From Paraspadella gotoi (Eukaryota > Animalia > Chaetognatha), in NCBI GenBank assembly GCA_051294375.1, contig CM119263.1, positions 25,331,430 through 25,386,103 of the forward strand: 54,674 nt of DNA, in the 5' to 3' direction. Below the pieces are notes generated by a model. It was not told the DNA's origin and made no database searches. It saw nothing but the letters and a program-made list of their open reading frames with translations. Of this stretch, positions 13,886 to 37,010 are shown piece by piece; the stretch's first letter is position 1; every line of letters starts with the position of its first letter. Both the position numbers and the translations under genes were made by a program.

Positions 13886-15490
13886 TGAAATCCAAGAAGC
13901 ACAAATCAGAGAAGCAAATCCCCCGGAATCTCTCTCTCTCTGTCTCCGTCTCTCGTCGCCTCGCCCTTGGCGAGAAAGTCCGCCGGAGGTCGCGGGGGAC
14001 GACGCTTCCGGTTTTGCCACGCCACCTAATGGCAACGAGCGCAATCCCAACCGCAGATCCGAAAAAATTATCATTTTGAAATAAGTTTTTTTAAAATCAA
14101 TTTTTCGCATCTAATAGGTAAAACTGAAAGTCCCCCACCCACTTCTCATTGAATCCATAGTAAGGTGGACAGCATAAATTTCATACAGCTCGCTAGCCAG
14201 TTTTTAACTATTACTCGATGAAACGATAATAAGGCGGACACCCTCGCTACCCCAGCTTTGGACCCCTCGCCTCACAACCCCAAAGAAAAATGTTAAGGAG
14301 GCCGAGGGAGAAAGAGAACAGTCATTCATTTCCGAGTCGCCGCCCAAATAAAAGAGGATAAACGATGACAAATGCGGAAAGTCGGTGTCGGGGGCGTGGA
14401 GAGGGGAGGTGAGGGTGATCGTGGTGGCGTCGATTGGGTGGCGTCGAGGTGGAAGGTCGAAAGGAGATCTGGCGCCTCATTTGCGAACTTGGCGTCGAGA
14501 CGCGCGACCCGGTATCTGTCGTCACCATCGGGGACGATGTCGTCGTCGTCGCTTTGGTTCGATTCTTCGTTCGTTCGTCGTCGTCGTCGTCGTCGGCCTC
14601 TACAGAGGCGACGGTCGATCATCAAGAGTCTTTTGTCGTCGAATGTAGATCAGCGAAAGTCGGAGGAAGAGAAAAGGGTGAGGTCGCTAGGAAAGTGGAG
14701 ATTGGTGAGTGATCGGGAGGTGATGATGATGATGACGATCGTTGATTGGTGATCTTGGGTCAGTCGTTGGTCATGGCGTTCGCAGCTCTATTCCCTCTTT
14801 GTTTGAGACAAATAGGTATAATGATTAATATAAATGAAGAAAAGATGATCGGCAGCGGAGGATTTTTTAAATCTTAAATTTCCTTATAAAAATTTGGAAA
14901 GGACATTGCGTCCTGGATGAAGGAGCGAAGTGTAGCCTCGTCGTTTGATCTTTCAACGCTTTATTGGTGAAAGACAAACAAAGTTGGTTAATGTTACCTT
15001 TTATTAAGTTTCGTTTTTATTTCAATTTAATCATTTGAAAATTGAAATTCCATTTGGAACCTTTACACTTCGAGATTTTTATTTGACCGGAATGAAGAAA
15101 AACATCTAATCTCAATGAAATGACTTTTTCTTCGGATACTGTAAAATGTATGACACAAATTTATGACTAATAGAATCAGAAAACCAAATTTAGTTGTTTA
15201 ACCTAAAAGTCATTCTAGATCCAGAAAGAATCTGCGATTCCGAATGAAGGATGAAGTTGGAGAGACTCGGACTGCTTCCTCCGCTTTTCTGCCTCTCAGC
15301 CCAATTTGCCTTCATTTGTCTAAGCCAGGGGTCCTCACTCTTTCTTTCTTTCTTTTCTCTCTCTTTCTTCTCTCTCTCTCTATCTTCCCCCTTCCTTGAC
15401 CCCTTCCACTAACCAACTCCTCCAGACAGTCGCCAGCCGCGATCCTTCACCCTGGAATCATCGGTTTGTCACTTAGTACCTCATTTTGTA

Positions 15491-15560
<70 letters not shown>

Positions 15561-15827
15561 ATCTTCTTTTCCCTTATTCTTCATTCCTTCCTCCTCCTAC
15601 TCTACTTTAAATCCATTTTATATTTTCTCACCTCAAATCCTGTTTTCCTCTTCCCATCCTTACCTTTCCACACTTCCCACTTACCCGATCTCCCTTTCCT
15701 CACTTCTTCCCCACCCCTTCTTTCCGCGCGAGAAACCTTGAAAGAAATGAATGAGGGGCGACTCGACTCCTGACTTTTTTTGGTCAAAACACCGGCGCCT
15801 AGTGAGAGAGAGAGAGAGAGAGAGAGA

Positions 15828-15876
<49 letters not shown>

Positions 15877-16167
15877 TCGCCGTGAATTCGGGTCATTTAG
15901 CGACAGTTAATGCATCGTGATTCGTTGGACCGTGTATGACGCGGGGGAATTTCTCACGTGTGGCACATCGTGATGAAGGGAGTCGGCGTTTGATCCGTGA
16001 CTTCGACAACAGGTAGATAGATGTTGCTTCGAACTAAAATTTGATAATTGTGAAAAAAAAGGCAAACTTTCTATGAACCTGGCTTTATAGCGACGGCGTC
16101 TCGCCTTTTTATTTACATATTCGAAAGCGAGGTAGCCAAACCAAAAATCATAATCCTGCGTGAGCGA

Positions 16168-16215
16168 GTATAGGACAGTATAGACAGTATAGACAGTATA
16201 GACAGTATAGACACA
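16168..16215. repeat. 9-bp tandem repeat (GTATAGACA)n
   Basis: About 5 copies; also at 24363-24408. Confidence 0.9.
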
Positions 16216-16545
16216 ATATATCAGATGCGAAAGCGTTTAATGTCATTCAGTTTGGAATTTCCTTTCCCCCAATGAAAAGCAATTCGTTGCTTTGTCGTGA
16301 GTCATTCGATTTCTCTCTTTTTCTTCTTTCGAGAGCCACTCGCGTTGAAGGAGGAAAATACGAGAAAAGACTCGTGGACACTTTGATTGTCAAAGGTGCC
16401 AGTGAGAACTGAGAACACGAGCGGACTCGCGTTTAGACCCCGTCTCATTTAAATTAAATATATTCAATCGCTTTAATCCGCACTACTTGAAACAAAAATA
16501 TGTATTCGAGTATAGGGGCCGGTTTTATCTTTAAAGCCGTAATGA

Positions 16546-16594
16546 AAATAGTTAAATGTTAAATAGTTAAATAGTTAAATAGTTAAATAGTTAA
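16546..16594. repeat. 8-bp tandem repeat (AAATAGTT)n
   Basis: About 6 copies; also at 24742-24791. Confidence 0.9.
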
Positions 16595-17508
16595 CGTGAC
16601 AACAACAAAAACCTGGTGACAGTTCTTCATGAGCGAGAAACCGAAGGAGAAAATATTATTTAAACGATGTTAAAGTCTTCAGAATTTTGAGAGAATCGAG
16701 GGTTTTTATCGAAAACGATGAGGACGCGGCCGTGTCTCCGATAATTGGACGACGGAAGACGGAACGACACGAAGAGACGACGACGATATAGCGTAAGAAA
16801 TTATGACAAATCAATCTGGTGATTGTGATTCTATTTCATTTGGTTTAAAATTTGGCCTCATTCAAAATATCTAACAAATTTTAACTTTAATTTCTATTCT
16901 GAAAGGTTACAAGAATACTTTTTACTGTCATACCTCAATTTACTTTACGAGAGCATGTCCAAATGAATGCGGCCAGTAGTCGATGCGGAGGAAAGCATAT
17001 CAAATATTTTGTATATTTTTTATTGTATAATGAACTTTTCAACAAATTATGTGATATACTTTTTATGTGATATGTGATTTTTTATGTGATATACTTTTTT
17101 CCTAGATAGTACGTATGTACTTGCCAAAAATGCAGCGACATCTCTGTGTCGATCGTGTAAAAAAATTTAAAAACGAGTGATCAACATTTTACTTATATTA
17201 TTAACTTTTTATGTAGTAAAATATTAATCCTTCTAATTTTTTTGCTGATATTAGTTAAGAGACAAAATTAGACTCCGACTGTCCTTCAACGAGGATGCCA
17301 TTTCATCTCTTGTTTCAACTTGACACACATTTTTTAAAAGACGAATCAATTATAATCTAAAAATATTTTAATTTATATAACCTATTTTCGCTAAACGAAT
17401 AAGATGATGTAAATGAGAAAGAAAGAATGAAAGAAAAAAGAAAGAAAGAAAGAAAGAAGAAAAGAAAGAAAGAAAAGAAAGAAAGAAAGAAAGAAAGAAG
17501 AAAAAGAA

Positions 17509-17548
<40 letters not shown>

Positions 17549-18506
17549 ACAACAAACAAATAAAGAGAGAAAAAAGAAAGAAATAAGAGAGAAAAAAAGA
17601 AAGAAAAGAAACGACTTGAACGCTAACGCTCGAATATGGTGTCATGGCTATGAATCTGGTTAAAAGCGAGAGAGTAGCGTCAGAATACCAAAAGTAGCGG
17701 CTTTCGCCTCCCGCTGCGCGGCCGCCACACGACTGCTCTCGACGCGCTGCTGCGCCGCTTCGCTGATGCAGCGGCAACCTCCCCCTATCGTCCCCTTTCC
17801 GCCCGGCCGAAGATATTGGAATGGCGTCTGTGACCTTCGCAGGGGTCAACATCCCGGTGCTTAAAGACTCCGAATTTTAGTGAGAATCAGTTATTTCTTT
17901 CTCTCTCTCTCTCATCTCTTCTCCTCCTCTCCTCTCGTCCTCCTCTCTCTCTCTCTTTCCTCTCATCTCTCTCTTCTCTCTCTCTTATATCCCTCTCTTC
18001 CTTCCGATCGAATTCATTCGTCAAAAAAAGTATTATTTTTCTTTTTTATTATATTTTTTTCCTTCTTGGATTTTTTTTTTCAATAAGAAAGCCGAAGGTG
18101 ACAACCGGAAACTGGGAGTACGAAACAACGGAGTCACGACATTTTTAAATCGATCGACTTAAGAAAAAAAAAAGCAATGAATGAATGAATGAATGAATGA
18201 ATGAATAAATTAATAATTTAATGAATGAATTTAAATTTAAACCTCAGTTTTCATAGCTACAATCTCTGCTTAGTTCAATATAGCCGTATATTGATTGTAT
18301 TGTATTCAGCCAATGTTCGTCCCATCTTTACATTTCCGGATCTTATCAAAGTCATCGACTTTTTAACGTGAGCCACTTAATATCGATTTTATTAATATAT
18401 TTCCTTTTTTGACTCATCCAGTTTCTCGTCTTCCATCACTTCCACCATCATTCAAGAAAAATTTCAAAAGAGATTTCAATATCTTTTTTTCCGCTATCTC
18501 TGGAGG

Positions 18507-18598
<92 letters not shown>

Positions 18599-19327
18599 GT
18601 AAGTTTGTTTATCTCAAAATTTAACTTATGTTTAGATTATTTTTCTGGAACACCTTGTCTTACAGAAATAACAAGATCATTGATCCACGGAGTATGTCTA
18701 AGACGTTACACCCGGATGTAATTCAGCATGCGTCCTTTTCCAGTCCACCCTTTTTGCGTCGACTTGGCGACGATTTTTTGGCTTCTCACTTTCTGCTTAT
18801 CGCTTTCATGGCACGCGTTAGGGTTTGACGTCGATCTTGTTACACATGAACGTTTTAGCTTTTATTTGCTTTTTCATTTCGATCAATTGCGTTCTATTTT
18901 TTTATGTTTTATTCATAATTTTAAAATTTAATATTATATAATCAAATAATTGGGTAAACTAGTAATAATTTAACTCCGCCTACAAATTCCAAAATTGGAT
19001 TAAGAATGTTACGAAATGTACTTCGGAGATGATTGGAGGATTCATCGACTTCATCCCTAGTCTTTGTATCAGCTGAAAATGCGATCGGAATACCAAATGA
19101 TTATAAGTCGACGTGAGATCCGATTTCGCCCAAAAAAGATGATCAGTCTCGCAGCAAGATCCCGCATTCAAGGACGCGGACCACGTACGGTCGGTTACAT
19201 CCGGACAAGCAATGGCTGCGATAAACGACATCCGGGAGGCAATGGCCATTGGGGGGCCAGGTCGGCAACGATCAGCATAGTGACGTCCCGTCTCCGCGCC
19301 ACNNNNNNNNNNNNNNNNNNNNNNNNN

Positions 19328-27502
<8,175 letters not shown>

Positions 27503-28599
27503 ATCCGGGGTCAGCGTGGCTATCAAAATGCGTCATTTTCTGCATACGGGTCTGGAAATGGAGGACATTTGGAGTCGACAAATGTCAGTTGAGAAGCATT
27601 TGAATTTGTTAGTCAATTGGAAAACCTGCAAATAAGTATGTATAATATTGTATATGTAGGGCTTGTTCTAGAAGCACAAGCATTAAGCATCAGCAATCCT
27701 TTTAGGCCAAACCATGCTGAGAAAGGCCATCAGGACGCGACGCATGAAACCCTTCGTCTCTCCCAAAACTGAGATAAGGAAAAATGTGATGAGCGACTTA
27801 GCGAATCCGCGAAATCATGGGAATAAATTGGGAACGTCTTAGCAGAGGATAACGAGGCAGAGGTGGGTCGAACAGACTGGGGGGGGAATAGCATCAGGAG
27901 CGGTGGGCGGGTCGAGTGGTCACTGTGCCGCCGGATTTTACAGATTCCGTCCGTTTTACGCACTGTGCCAAAGTGAAAAAGGATGCGAAGATTTTCTTTT
28001 TATGCTCCTCTTTTTTTTTTTGTGGCGCGAAATCGTTTTTCAGTCTCGGATCTCGTTTCACTAGCGCCTCTGGCGTCAAAAGTCAAAAACGCAAAAACTT
28101 TTTTTCCTTTCATTTTGACAAATAAGAAAAATTCTCGAATTTCGGGGTTTGAAAATATAATTTCGGAGGCGCGGGCTCGAGCGGTGGCGACGCCGAGAAT
28201 CGTTTAAGGACGAAATCTCTGACGCCGGCGCCGCTATTTTTGGCGCCAACGCCGCTTGATTCGACGAGACTGACGCCGTTCGCTACGCCGTCGACGAGAA
28301 ACTTTATTATAAACTTTCTCCAAAGGTGAGTTTTGTGGTGAAAAGATCTGTATATATCTACGTATTTGTTTCGCCTTAAGGTATTTTTAGTATGCTAACT
28401 GGTAAGTAATTAAAAGTTTTTATAAGACAAAAATTAACCAGCAAGAACGGAATAAATGACGAGGATAAAAGGGTATTTCGACCCACAGAATTGGCTACGA
28501 AGACTTACAACTAATCCGGGTTAAGATAGGAATGAACTCGGAATGATCTAACAAGCTCCGACACCCAAATCGCACCCGACCAGGGGTCCAATCTCTCAC

Positions 28600-29170
28600 G
28601 CGCATAGACGCCTCTTGGGTAACGCGTTCCTATCAGTATCTTTCTCGCGCGCCGAAAAAAAAAAAAGGAACGCGATACGCGGGCGCCACGTCATCTCCTT
28701 TTTCTCCCTCCGATCCGCAGCCGTACACCCCCTCCCCTCGATCGCTCTCCTCGCTCTATCGACGTCTCTATCTCGCTTTTCATCCCTCCCCCTTCTCCTC
28801 CCTCCCTCCCTCTCTCTCTCCCCCACTTCCTCCCTTTGCCCTTGCCAAATCGCGATGATCGACCGCTGGAAAGCAACCAAATGAATATTTCATCAATGAT
28901 GCAGACCTGATCGGGTAAAACTGAGGTGGCGACCGGGAGAGAATGGTGAAGAGGGAAGGGTGGTAAGGTGGTGGGGTGGTCGAGGTGGATTGCGAGTCGA
29001 AGCAGTCGGAATCGGAGGTCGGAGGTCGGGAGGTCGGGGTAAACGAGAACCCAAACAGCTACGTGCGAGGTGTCACGTGCGACGCGCGTAGTGAGCCATG
29101 TGACGTGTGATACGCCAAGCGGGAAGCGGAACTTGTGTTTGACATGGCGCGTTGGTAACGACGTCTAAGT
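28600..29170. promoter_or_regulatory. CpG-rich promoter-like region
   Basis: CCACGTCA near 28686, TCACGTG 29073-29079, TGACGTG 29101-29107, GGAAG/CGGAAC 29122-29132 and ACATGGCG 29142-29149 in CpG-rich sequence. Confidence 0.3.
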
Positions 29171-29644
29171 GATTGTTGGGTTGGGGCTGTCGTATGGTGC
29201 AGCGAGATAAAAAAAATACGCTTAAGGAATCGGTACAGTTTTTAACTAATATATTTAAAATCTTTTCGTTGGATATTTATTTGTTTATATAAAAAATCTT
29301 TTTATCCCTAAGTACAAATAGATTTTGTTAGAAGGAACTTACTTATAACTTAACTTAAAAGAACGCAATTGATTTGATTCGAGAATGAGCGTGTATGAAA
29401 GTTGTAAGATAAATAATAGATTTTGTATAAAAATTATATTAGGAGAAGACTGACTAGAAAAGAATAAGGCAAGGATGAAGATAGGACGTTTAATAGTGGT
29501 GGAGTGGTGGAGTGGCAAAGGTAGAAGGTGGAGAACCGAATAAAAAAGAATGCAGGAGGAAAGGGAGGAATAAAAAATTCCGGGGTAGCACCTCCTCCAA
29601 GCAAACCTCATACATGAAAACGAGACGAAGAAGACTTTCCGCGA

Positions 29645-29768
<124 letters not shown>

Positions 29769-30074
29769 TGGCGATAAAAAAATGAGAAAGGAAAAGAGAG
29801 AGGAGAGAGGGGAAAAAAGATTGGCAGCGAGCTGCCATGCATATCAATAAGTCCTCGAAAAAATATGAAAAGGAAAATTTTCGGGGGAGATTTTTCGATG
29901 ACGAAAATAAAAAAAACGAAAAGAAAAAAGAAGTTGAGGAGGAAAGAAAAGAAAAATTGGGAGAGACGACGACGACGACGACGACGTCGACCATGACGTC
30001 GACGACGATGGTGACTTTTATTTTCTTTTGGAACATCGGGATGACGCCCGATTTACAATAAATTTAAGAAATGT

Positions 30075-30184
30075 AAATAAATAAAAAATAAATAAATAAA
30101 TAAATAAATATTTTTTAAAAAAATAAATAAATAAATAAATAAATAAATAAAAAATAAATAAATAAAAAATAAATAATTAAAAAA

Positions 30185-30215
<31 letters not shown>

Positions 30216-30268
30216 ATATATAAATAAACAAACAAACAAATAACTAAATAAATAAATAAATAAATAAA
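30075..30268. repeat. (AAAT)n microsatellite
   Basis: Imperfect tetranucleotide run. Confidence 0.95.
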
Positions 30269-30510
30269 AACAGTTTTTAAAAAAGTGTATACAAAAGTCT
30301 TTGACCCTAACGGCGTTAAGTCTTTTTTCTTGGCTCCAGCGCCGCCTTCGCCGCTGGCGACGCCGCCGACGCCGCCTCCATTCCTCGTTTCCACCCAACT
30401 GCTCTAAATACTCGCGCCTCCATTCAGTGACCAGACCCTACATTTTATCTATTCCTTTCCATTCAATTCGCGCTGAGAAGAGAGAAGAGAGGAGGACGGA
30501 GAAGAGAGAT

Positions 30511-30596
<86 letters not shown>

Positions 30597-30698
30597 CCAC
30601 GCCCACCTCCGTACCATTCAACGCCACTTCCGGTCGGATCCTTTTTGCCTCTCGTCGCGCGTGATCGCCGACGAGATCGGGACCTGAGGCTTTGAAAG

Positions 30699-30785
<87 letters not shown>

Positions 30786-32344
30786 CTCTATCGAGACGAG
30801 AGGACGTGAAAGGCTCTCACGTGATTATTCCACGATTCTTTGGCGGCGACATGGCGAGACACTTGGTGTTGGAGGGCGCTGGTGGTTGACAGGAAAAAAG
30901 TGACGCTAAGGCTTTCCGAGAGATTGAATATATGTAAACTTTAAACTTTAAATATATTTTATTTTCGTAACTTTAATAAACTGCATCTTCTTCTGACTTA
31001 ACTTTTTTTTATAACGCTTAGTTTCAAGACTCAATCAGCGAAACAGGGAAACCATAGTCCCGAATTTGTCGTGGCTACTGCTCTCACAACTGCTGCTGCT
31101 GCTTTGCTGCTGAGAAATTGTAAAGAAAAAAAGTAACAAATGAGAGAGAAGTGATAGTGATCGGTGATCGGCCGTGATAATATCACGCGTCGCCGATGTG
31201 AGTTAGAAAGGAGAGAAAGGAAAGGGAGAAAAGAGAGAAGAGTGATCACGGACTCTCGTGATAGAAGCGGAGATGTCGTAAGAGTCTGTCCGGGACTCCG
31301 GGTCGAAGTCGGTTCGATGTCAATCAAAAAAAGAATTTAAAAAAAAGAGAAAACAAAAACAAAAGACATAAGAAAACGAAAAATGGGTTACTATATTTTA
31401 TTTTTAAATAAAATGATACCGAAACTATCGTGCCTTACTTTTTTTTCCTTTTAATATAACAATTTGAACAATGAGGCCAATGTCTTCTCGTCTTCCGACA
31501 TCGAATGAAGAAACAAATGGCGTAAGTGAAATCGAATCTCAAAAAGAAGAAAAAAGTTGAAGAAGTGAAAAACTAATTGGATAGAAAAAAAGATCGAGTT
31601 TCAAAATTCGAAACTCAACCATTTTGTTTTAAATCTCTATCACTACTTGTAAGGCAAAGATGGCGGAAAATATCGCTTTTAAAACCACCTCACCATAGTT
31701 CTGACGCAGACGTCTCATTGTCCACCGTCGCGACGAGTTGGTGAGTGAATGATTTCCAACGAATGACCACATGTACCCAGGCATCAACTCCACAAACCCC
31801 AGCTCCAACGACCATCCAATTTCTAACTCCTTTTAAACCACAAATTTATCGATTCGTATTTTCGTAGGGAGAGAGGGGGAAGTGAGAGGGGGGGGTGAAG
31901 GGAGGCGTGACCAGACTCTGACTCCGTTTCAGATTCCGATATCGATTATGAACTGAGCGAGAAGAGGGGGAAAAAAAAACCAGTGGGACGCCGCGAACTT
32001 CCGTGTCGTTGTCCTCGAATTTATCGGAAGAGGCGTCGTCGTCGTCGTCGTCGTCGTCGTTCCTCACATTTCAAGACTTTATTAATATTATTGATACTAT
32101 CGCCGTGAGTTAATCAGCGTCGTCATTGTCGTCGTATTTATTGTTTTCCTCTTCTTAATATGAAACGGCGTCATCATTTTTGTCGTCGTCGCCATCGTCG
32201 AAATTTTTTTTTCTTCGTCGTCGTCGTCGTTTTCGATGTCGTCGTCGATCTTCCTCTCCATTCGACTCTTCAAAGTGAAGAAGGGGAAAAAATCACTGGA
32301 ACCTACCTCTCTTTAGCGAGCATAAAGGCCTCGAGGAGGGCGAC

Positions 32345-32381
<37 letters not shown>

Positions 32382-32629
32382 GCTCTCCTCTCATCTCTCT
32401 CCTCGTCTCCTCTCTCTCTCTCTCTCTGCTCTGCTCTCATGCTCTCTCTCTCTCTCTCTCTCTCGTCAAGTCAACGGTTTTCCCGCTTTTTCCAATAATC
32501 CATTTCTCACTTGGCACTTGGCCCTTCTTCGAAGAGAGGGAGGTCATCATCACAGTTTGACTTCCATCTGACAACCTGCAGGAAAAAAAAAAGCGATAAA
32601 GACGGAAGGAGAGAGATGAAGGGAAAGAA

Positions 32630-32790
32630 ATTGGGGAAAGAGATGGGGAAAGAGATGGGGAAAAAGATGGGGAAAGAGATGGGGAGAGGAAGATGGTTGG
32701 AAAAGTGAAGTAAAGATGGAGGAAAAGAAATTGGTGAAAGAGATGGGGAGAGGAAGATGATTGGAAAAGTGAAGTAAAGATGGAGGGAAA
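32630..32790. repeat. 12-bp (GGGAAAGAGATG)n repeat plus a 63-bp-period direct repeat
   Basis: ggggagaggaagatgRttggaaaagtgaagtaaagatggagg occurs at 32681 and 32744. Confidence 0.85.
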
Positions 32791-33464
32791 GATAGGAGGA
32801 AAGGTGAAGAAAGTATGTTGGAAAAAAAAGGGGGGATTCCGGAAAATCATGAACTATTTCAGGGAATCCCAAAGTGTAAAAATTGTAATCCGGTCCATAG
32901 ACCACTAATAAGAGCAGGTGGTCCAAAAATTACCAAAATGAGATCAATCGATGTTCGTTAATAATTCCTACGTTCTTCGACAAATTTTTTTGTTCACAAA
33001 ATTTTTACTTCCCATCCTCTTTTTATTTTAGAATTGATCTCTAATTTCTTTTAGGTTTTTTCAACTTGAACCATTTTACTTGTAATCCCTTTTCTTTTAA
33101 ATATCCTCGTCGGCCTTTTCATTTACTTTCCGTTCGCCATTTTCTGCGTTTTCTTCATTTTCCCATTTTCCCCATTCTCGCTCTCATCGAAGATTCTCGC
33201 GAAGGTGACATCGGAAGGACGATGTACGAATGAGAAAAAAACGGTAGAGANNNNNNNNNNNNNNNNNNNNNNNNNNNNNNNNNNNNNNNNNNNNNNNNNN
33301 NNNNNNNNNNNNNNNNNNNNNNNNNNNNNNNNNNNNNNNNNNNNNNNNNNNNNNNNNNNNNNNNNNNNNNNNNNNNNNNNNNNNNNNNNNNNNNNNNNNN
33401 NNNNNNNNNNNNNNNNNNNNNNNNNNNNNNNNNNNNNNNNNNNNNNNNNNNNNNNNNNNNNNNN

Positions 33465-33499
<35 letters not shown>

Positions 33500-33596
33500 C
33501 CAAAGAAAATGTTTCTTCTGCGACAAAAAAGAAAAAAAATAAGGAAAGGACGGAAAATGCGGAGAATCGATACGAAGAGACGACGTAAGGACTTTC

Positions 33597-33597
33597 T

Positions 33598-33653
<56 letters not shown>
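33597..33653. repeat. (TCG)n microsatellite
   Basis: Perfect trinucleotide run; similar runs at ~685-712, ~1130-1155, 11638-11680 and 37317-37351. Confidence 0.97.
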
Positions 33654-33654
<1 letters not shown>

Positions 33655-35648
33655 AAGTGACATTGCGGAGACATCAGGAGGCAAAAGAATCGTCGAATTT
33701 GAGAGAGAAAAACGTTTTTGCCTTGACGATGGAATAATCAATCATGTTCCATTCAATTACCGAAAAAGTATAATTTTATAATTTTCCCCAATTTTTATTT
33801 CATTCGGGGAATATGAAGCGGATAACAATTGGCCGTTCTGCCCCCTCATAGCGGCTCCTCCCACATCGCCGGTCTCTCTCTTCTTTTCCCGCGAGCCTTC
33901 CGGGGTCCAAGGCTTCTCCTCTATAAAGGATTACGAGACTCTATCTTTCGGGGATCATCCAAATTGGGGGTCATCCCCGTTGAAGGCGTCGAACCCAAAA
34001 AAAAGGGGCGCCGTTTCCGGTCCGATTTGGCGGCGTCATTCTCGTTTTCGCGCCGCTCGTTTGGCGGCGTCGTTTTCGGCCTCAATTCTGGGCCCAAGGA
34101 CCGTGAATTCGGGCTGGACGCGACTAGAGGGGGGAGGAGGTGGTTTTGGGGTGGTTGTTGGAAAATGGGGTGGTTCTGGGGAGTTTTTGAGTTGGGGTAG
34201 AAAATGTCATTGGGGGCGATGCAAGGATCTGAGGGAAAGATTTTCGTTTAGTGTCTTCCTGTATGTACACTTGTAAAAATTAACAATGAAAAGTTAATAA
34301 ACACAAATATTTCAATAAAGATATACACTGTATCTTATACAGCCTCTTGTTCCACCACGTAAAGCGCGAAGGCGCGAGGTGAAGAAAGACTGACGAGTGG
34401 GTTTCGCCCCCTGGCGTGGAGATCTGGAGGTTTGGAGGCGTGGTGGATAGAGAGCGCCGGAAGCGCGTCGAAGAATGGGATAGAGATCGGCGGNNNNNNN
34501 NNNNNNNNNNNNNNNNNNNNNNNNNNNNNNNNNNNNNNNNNNNNNNNNNNNNNNNNNNNNNNNNNNNNNNNNNNNNNNNNNNNNNNNNNNNNNNNNNNNN
34601 NNNNNNNNNNNNNNNNNNNNNNNNNNNNNNNNNNNNNNNNNNNNNNNNNNNNNNNNNNNNNNNNNNNNNNNNNNNNNNNNNNNNNNNNNNNNNNNNNNNA
34701 GAGAGAGAGAGAGAGAGAGAGAGAGACTAGCATCTGAGAAAGCATCTAAACGGTTGCCAATCATTTTCGAAGGTCCCTGCAGGTTTTTTAAATCAAAGTT
34801 TTAAACATTACAACGAAAGTAAGATTTTTTTTTATAAGAAATTTAAAAATTATTAAAATATTAAATTATTCGAATTATATTAAATGACTTCCGTGAGAAG
34901 TTGGTAAACTCATCGATAAAACCGATTTTGCCCTGAGTAACAATTTTTTTTCAAATTTGATTGCAATATTTTTAGCTTTTCTTTCCCCTCCTTAAGTTAA
35001 GTTAAGAGAGAATTGTCACTCTCAATCAGGGGTCGTCTCGCCAGGTTGAATGTGGGATCCGCATTGTGGATTTAAAGCCGGTAGTTTATCACTACTGTCG
35101 TTTGGTCATTTTTAGCCGACTATTTCCCTTTTTTTTTTTTTAAATATGGTTATTTACACATGCCTATCATTCCGTCTTGCTAAGCCTGAAGCAACAACGA
35201 TATCTATTTAAAAAACGATCGCAGCAATGACCACCAAGAAAGACCACAACAACGACCACACCAACGACCACAACAACCAACAACAACCACACCACATCCT
35301 CTCCGTTCCCTCCTTTCCTTTTCCTCGCGTCGCAATATCTTCTTTCGGCGACAATTTTTTTTTTATTTCTCTCATTCTCTTCTAATATTCGTCGCTTTTC
35401 TTTTTTCCCCCTTTTTTTTTTGTCTCTTCTTTCCTCCTCTCATTTTCTTTTTTTCTTTTTTTTCTCTTCTTATGTCTCCTCATTTTCTTTGCCCTTTCGC
35501 CATTGACCTTCAGTCCTTTGATGCAGGTGGAGGTTTTTCTCTCCTCTTTCTTTTTTTCTTTCTTTTTTTTTTAATACCTCCGTTTTCTTTTCTTTCTCAT
35601 TCTGTCGCGCGTCTCTCTTTTCTTTTTCTTTTCTTTTCAGGTGGAGCG

Positions 35649-35765
<117 letters not shown>

Positions 35766-36510
35766 GCAGATGCCGATGCTTCCATTAGCTGCCCCAAGTT
35801 TCACTTTTTTGTATTTGTATTTTTCTTTTCTTGTTTTCCTCGTTTATTATCATTTAACTTTTTCTTCGTTTAACCCGAGAATAAGAATCATCCGATTCTC
35901 TTCAACGTTCATAATAAAAATTATCAAAAGCTACATTTTTATCCAAAAAGTGAACTGATGCTACTCAGGCACACGAAAGATGTGAAGAGCATAGAAAAGT
36001 CTAAAATGCATACAAAATGTGTGAAGGGGCCTTTAAAAGTCTACAATGCCAGAAAGGCTACAAATGTCCTCTGCTACCTTCGAGCATCCATCACTTTCGG
36101 TCTCCATGTCGCTTCGCCGTCTTTTGTTCTTCTTCAGTCGCGCTACATTTCTCGATTATCTCACTTGTGAGATTCTTTTGACCTCCTTCCTCCTTTCTCC
36201 TTTTTCCTCCTCTCTTCTTTTCCTTTTTTTCACCGTTATCTTCCTCTTTTCCTTTCTACTTCTCTCTCTTTACAAAATCCAATATATTTCATAACATTAT
36301 TTTATCCGTATCAAATGTATTCCTTCTTTTCTTAATCAGCTTTTCTTCCTCTTCAGTTTTGTCCTTCTCTATTTTTCCTCCCATTTCCTCTCATCTCTTC
36401 CCTCCCCTTCTTTCCACCTCTTTCCTCCTACCTTCCTTTTCCCGTCCAAAAAATTTCACGTGAACTGCCTCACGATGATTAACGACAAAAGACGATCTTC
36501 TGCCGAAAGG

Positions 36511-36555
<45 letters not shown>

Positions 36556-36930
36556 TCAAAATATTCCAGAGCGACATCTTTCCCCGGTCCCATTTGTAGC
36601 CGTTCCAGGCCGTTTGTAGCCATTTGGAGAAGAGAGGGAAGGAAGGTGTTAAAGAGATGGATGAAAAAGGGAGGGAGCGAAAAAGGAAGAAAGGAAGGAA
36701 TGAAAAAACTAAGAAGAGGACAATAATCGAAAAAAAGGACAAAGAATGACGGTTTTATTATTTTTAAATAAAAACAATTACAAAAATCTCTTTTTTTAAC
36801 TACAAGCCCTAGATTTATTAGAATTTCTTGACTTATGCCACCTGAGGCCACCTTATGCCACCTTAGCTATTTTTTTCATCCACGGTCTCGTTCCTCACTC
36901 CTCGAACATCGTCCCGATCGTCCTCGTTTT

Positions 36931-37010
36931 CGTCATCGTCATCATCTTCGTCGTCATCGTCGTCATCTTCGTCGTCATCGTCGTCATCTTCGTCGTCATC
37001 GTCGTCATCT
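36931..37010. repeat. 21-bp tandem repeat (CGTCATCTTCGTCGTCATCGT)n
   Basis: About 3.5 copies. Confidence 0.85.

Larger units (their letters stand above)
11970..19302 (+). repeat. Large duplicated segment, copy A (~7.3 kb)
   Basis: Colinear with 19328-27502 from gagaaagtcggggcgag to tctccgcgccac; ends exactly at the 25-N gap 19303-19327. Confidence 0.95.

Noticed and set aside
18700-18830. pogo/DDE_1-like motif (KGWTGKGRMLNYIRV) on the minus strand
   Set aside because: The resemblance is only a few residues, the frame differs between duplicate copies, and no catalytic Asp motifs are visible.
28895-28926. C/D-box snoRNA-like motifs (ATGATG...CTGA...CTGA)
   Set aside because: Only ~30 nt between the boxes, and the C box is imperfect.
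36056-36601. 11-bp inverted repeat (ggctacaaatg / catttgtagcc) as MITE termini
   Set aside because: It does not extend, there is no TSD, and the interior is host-like low-complexity sequence.
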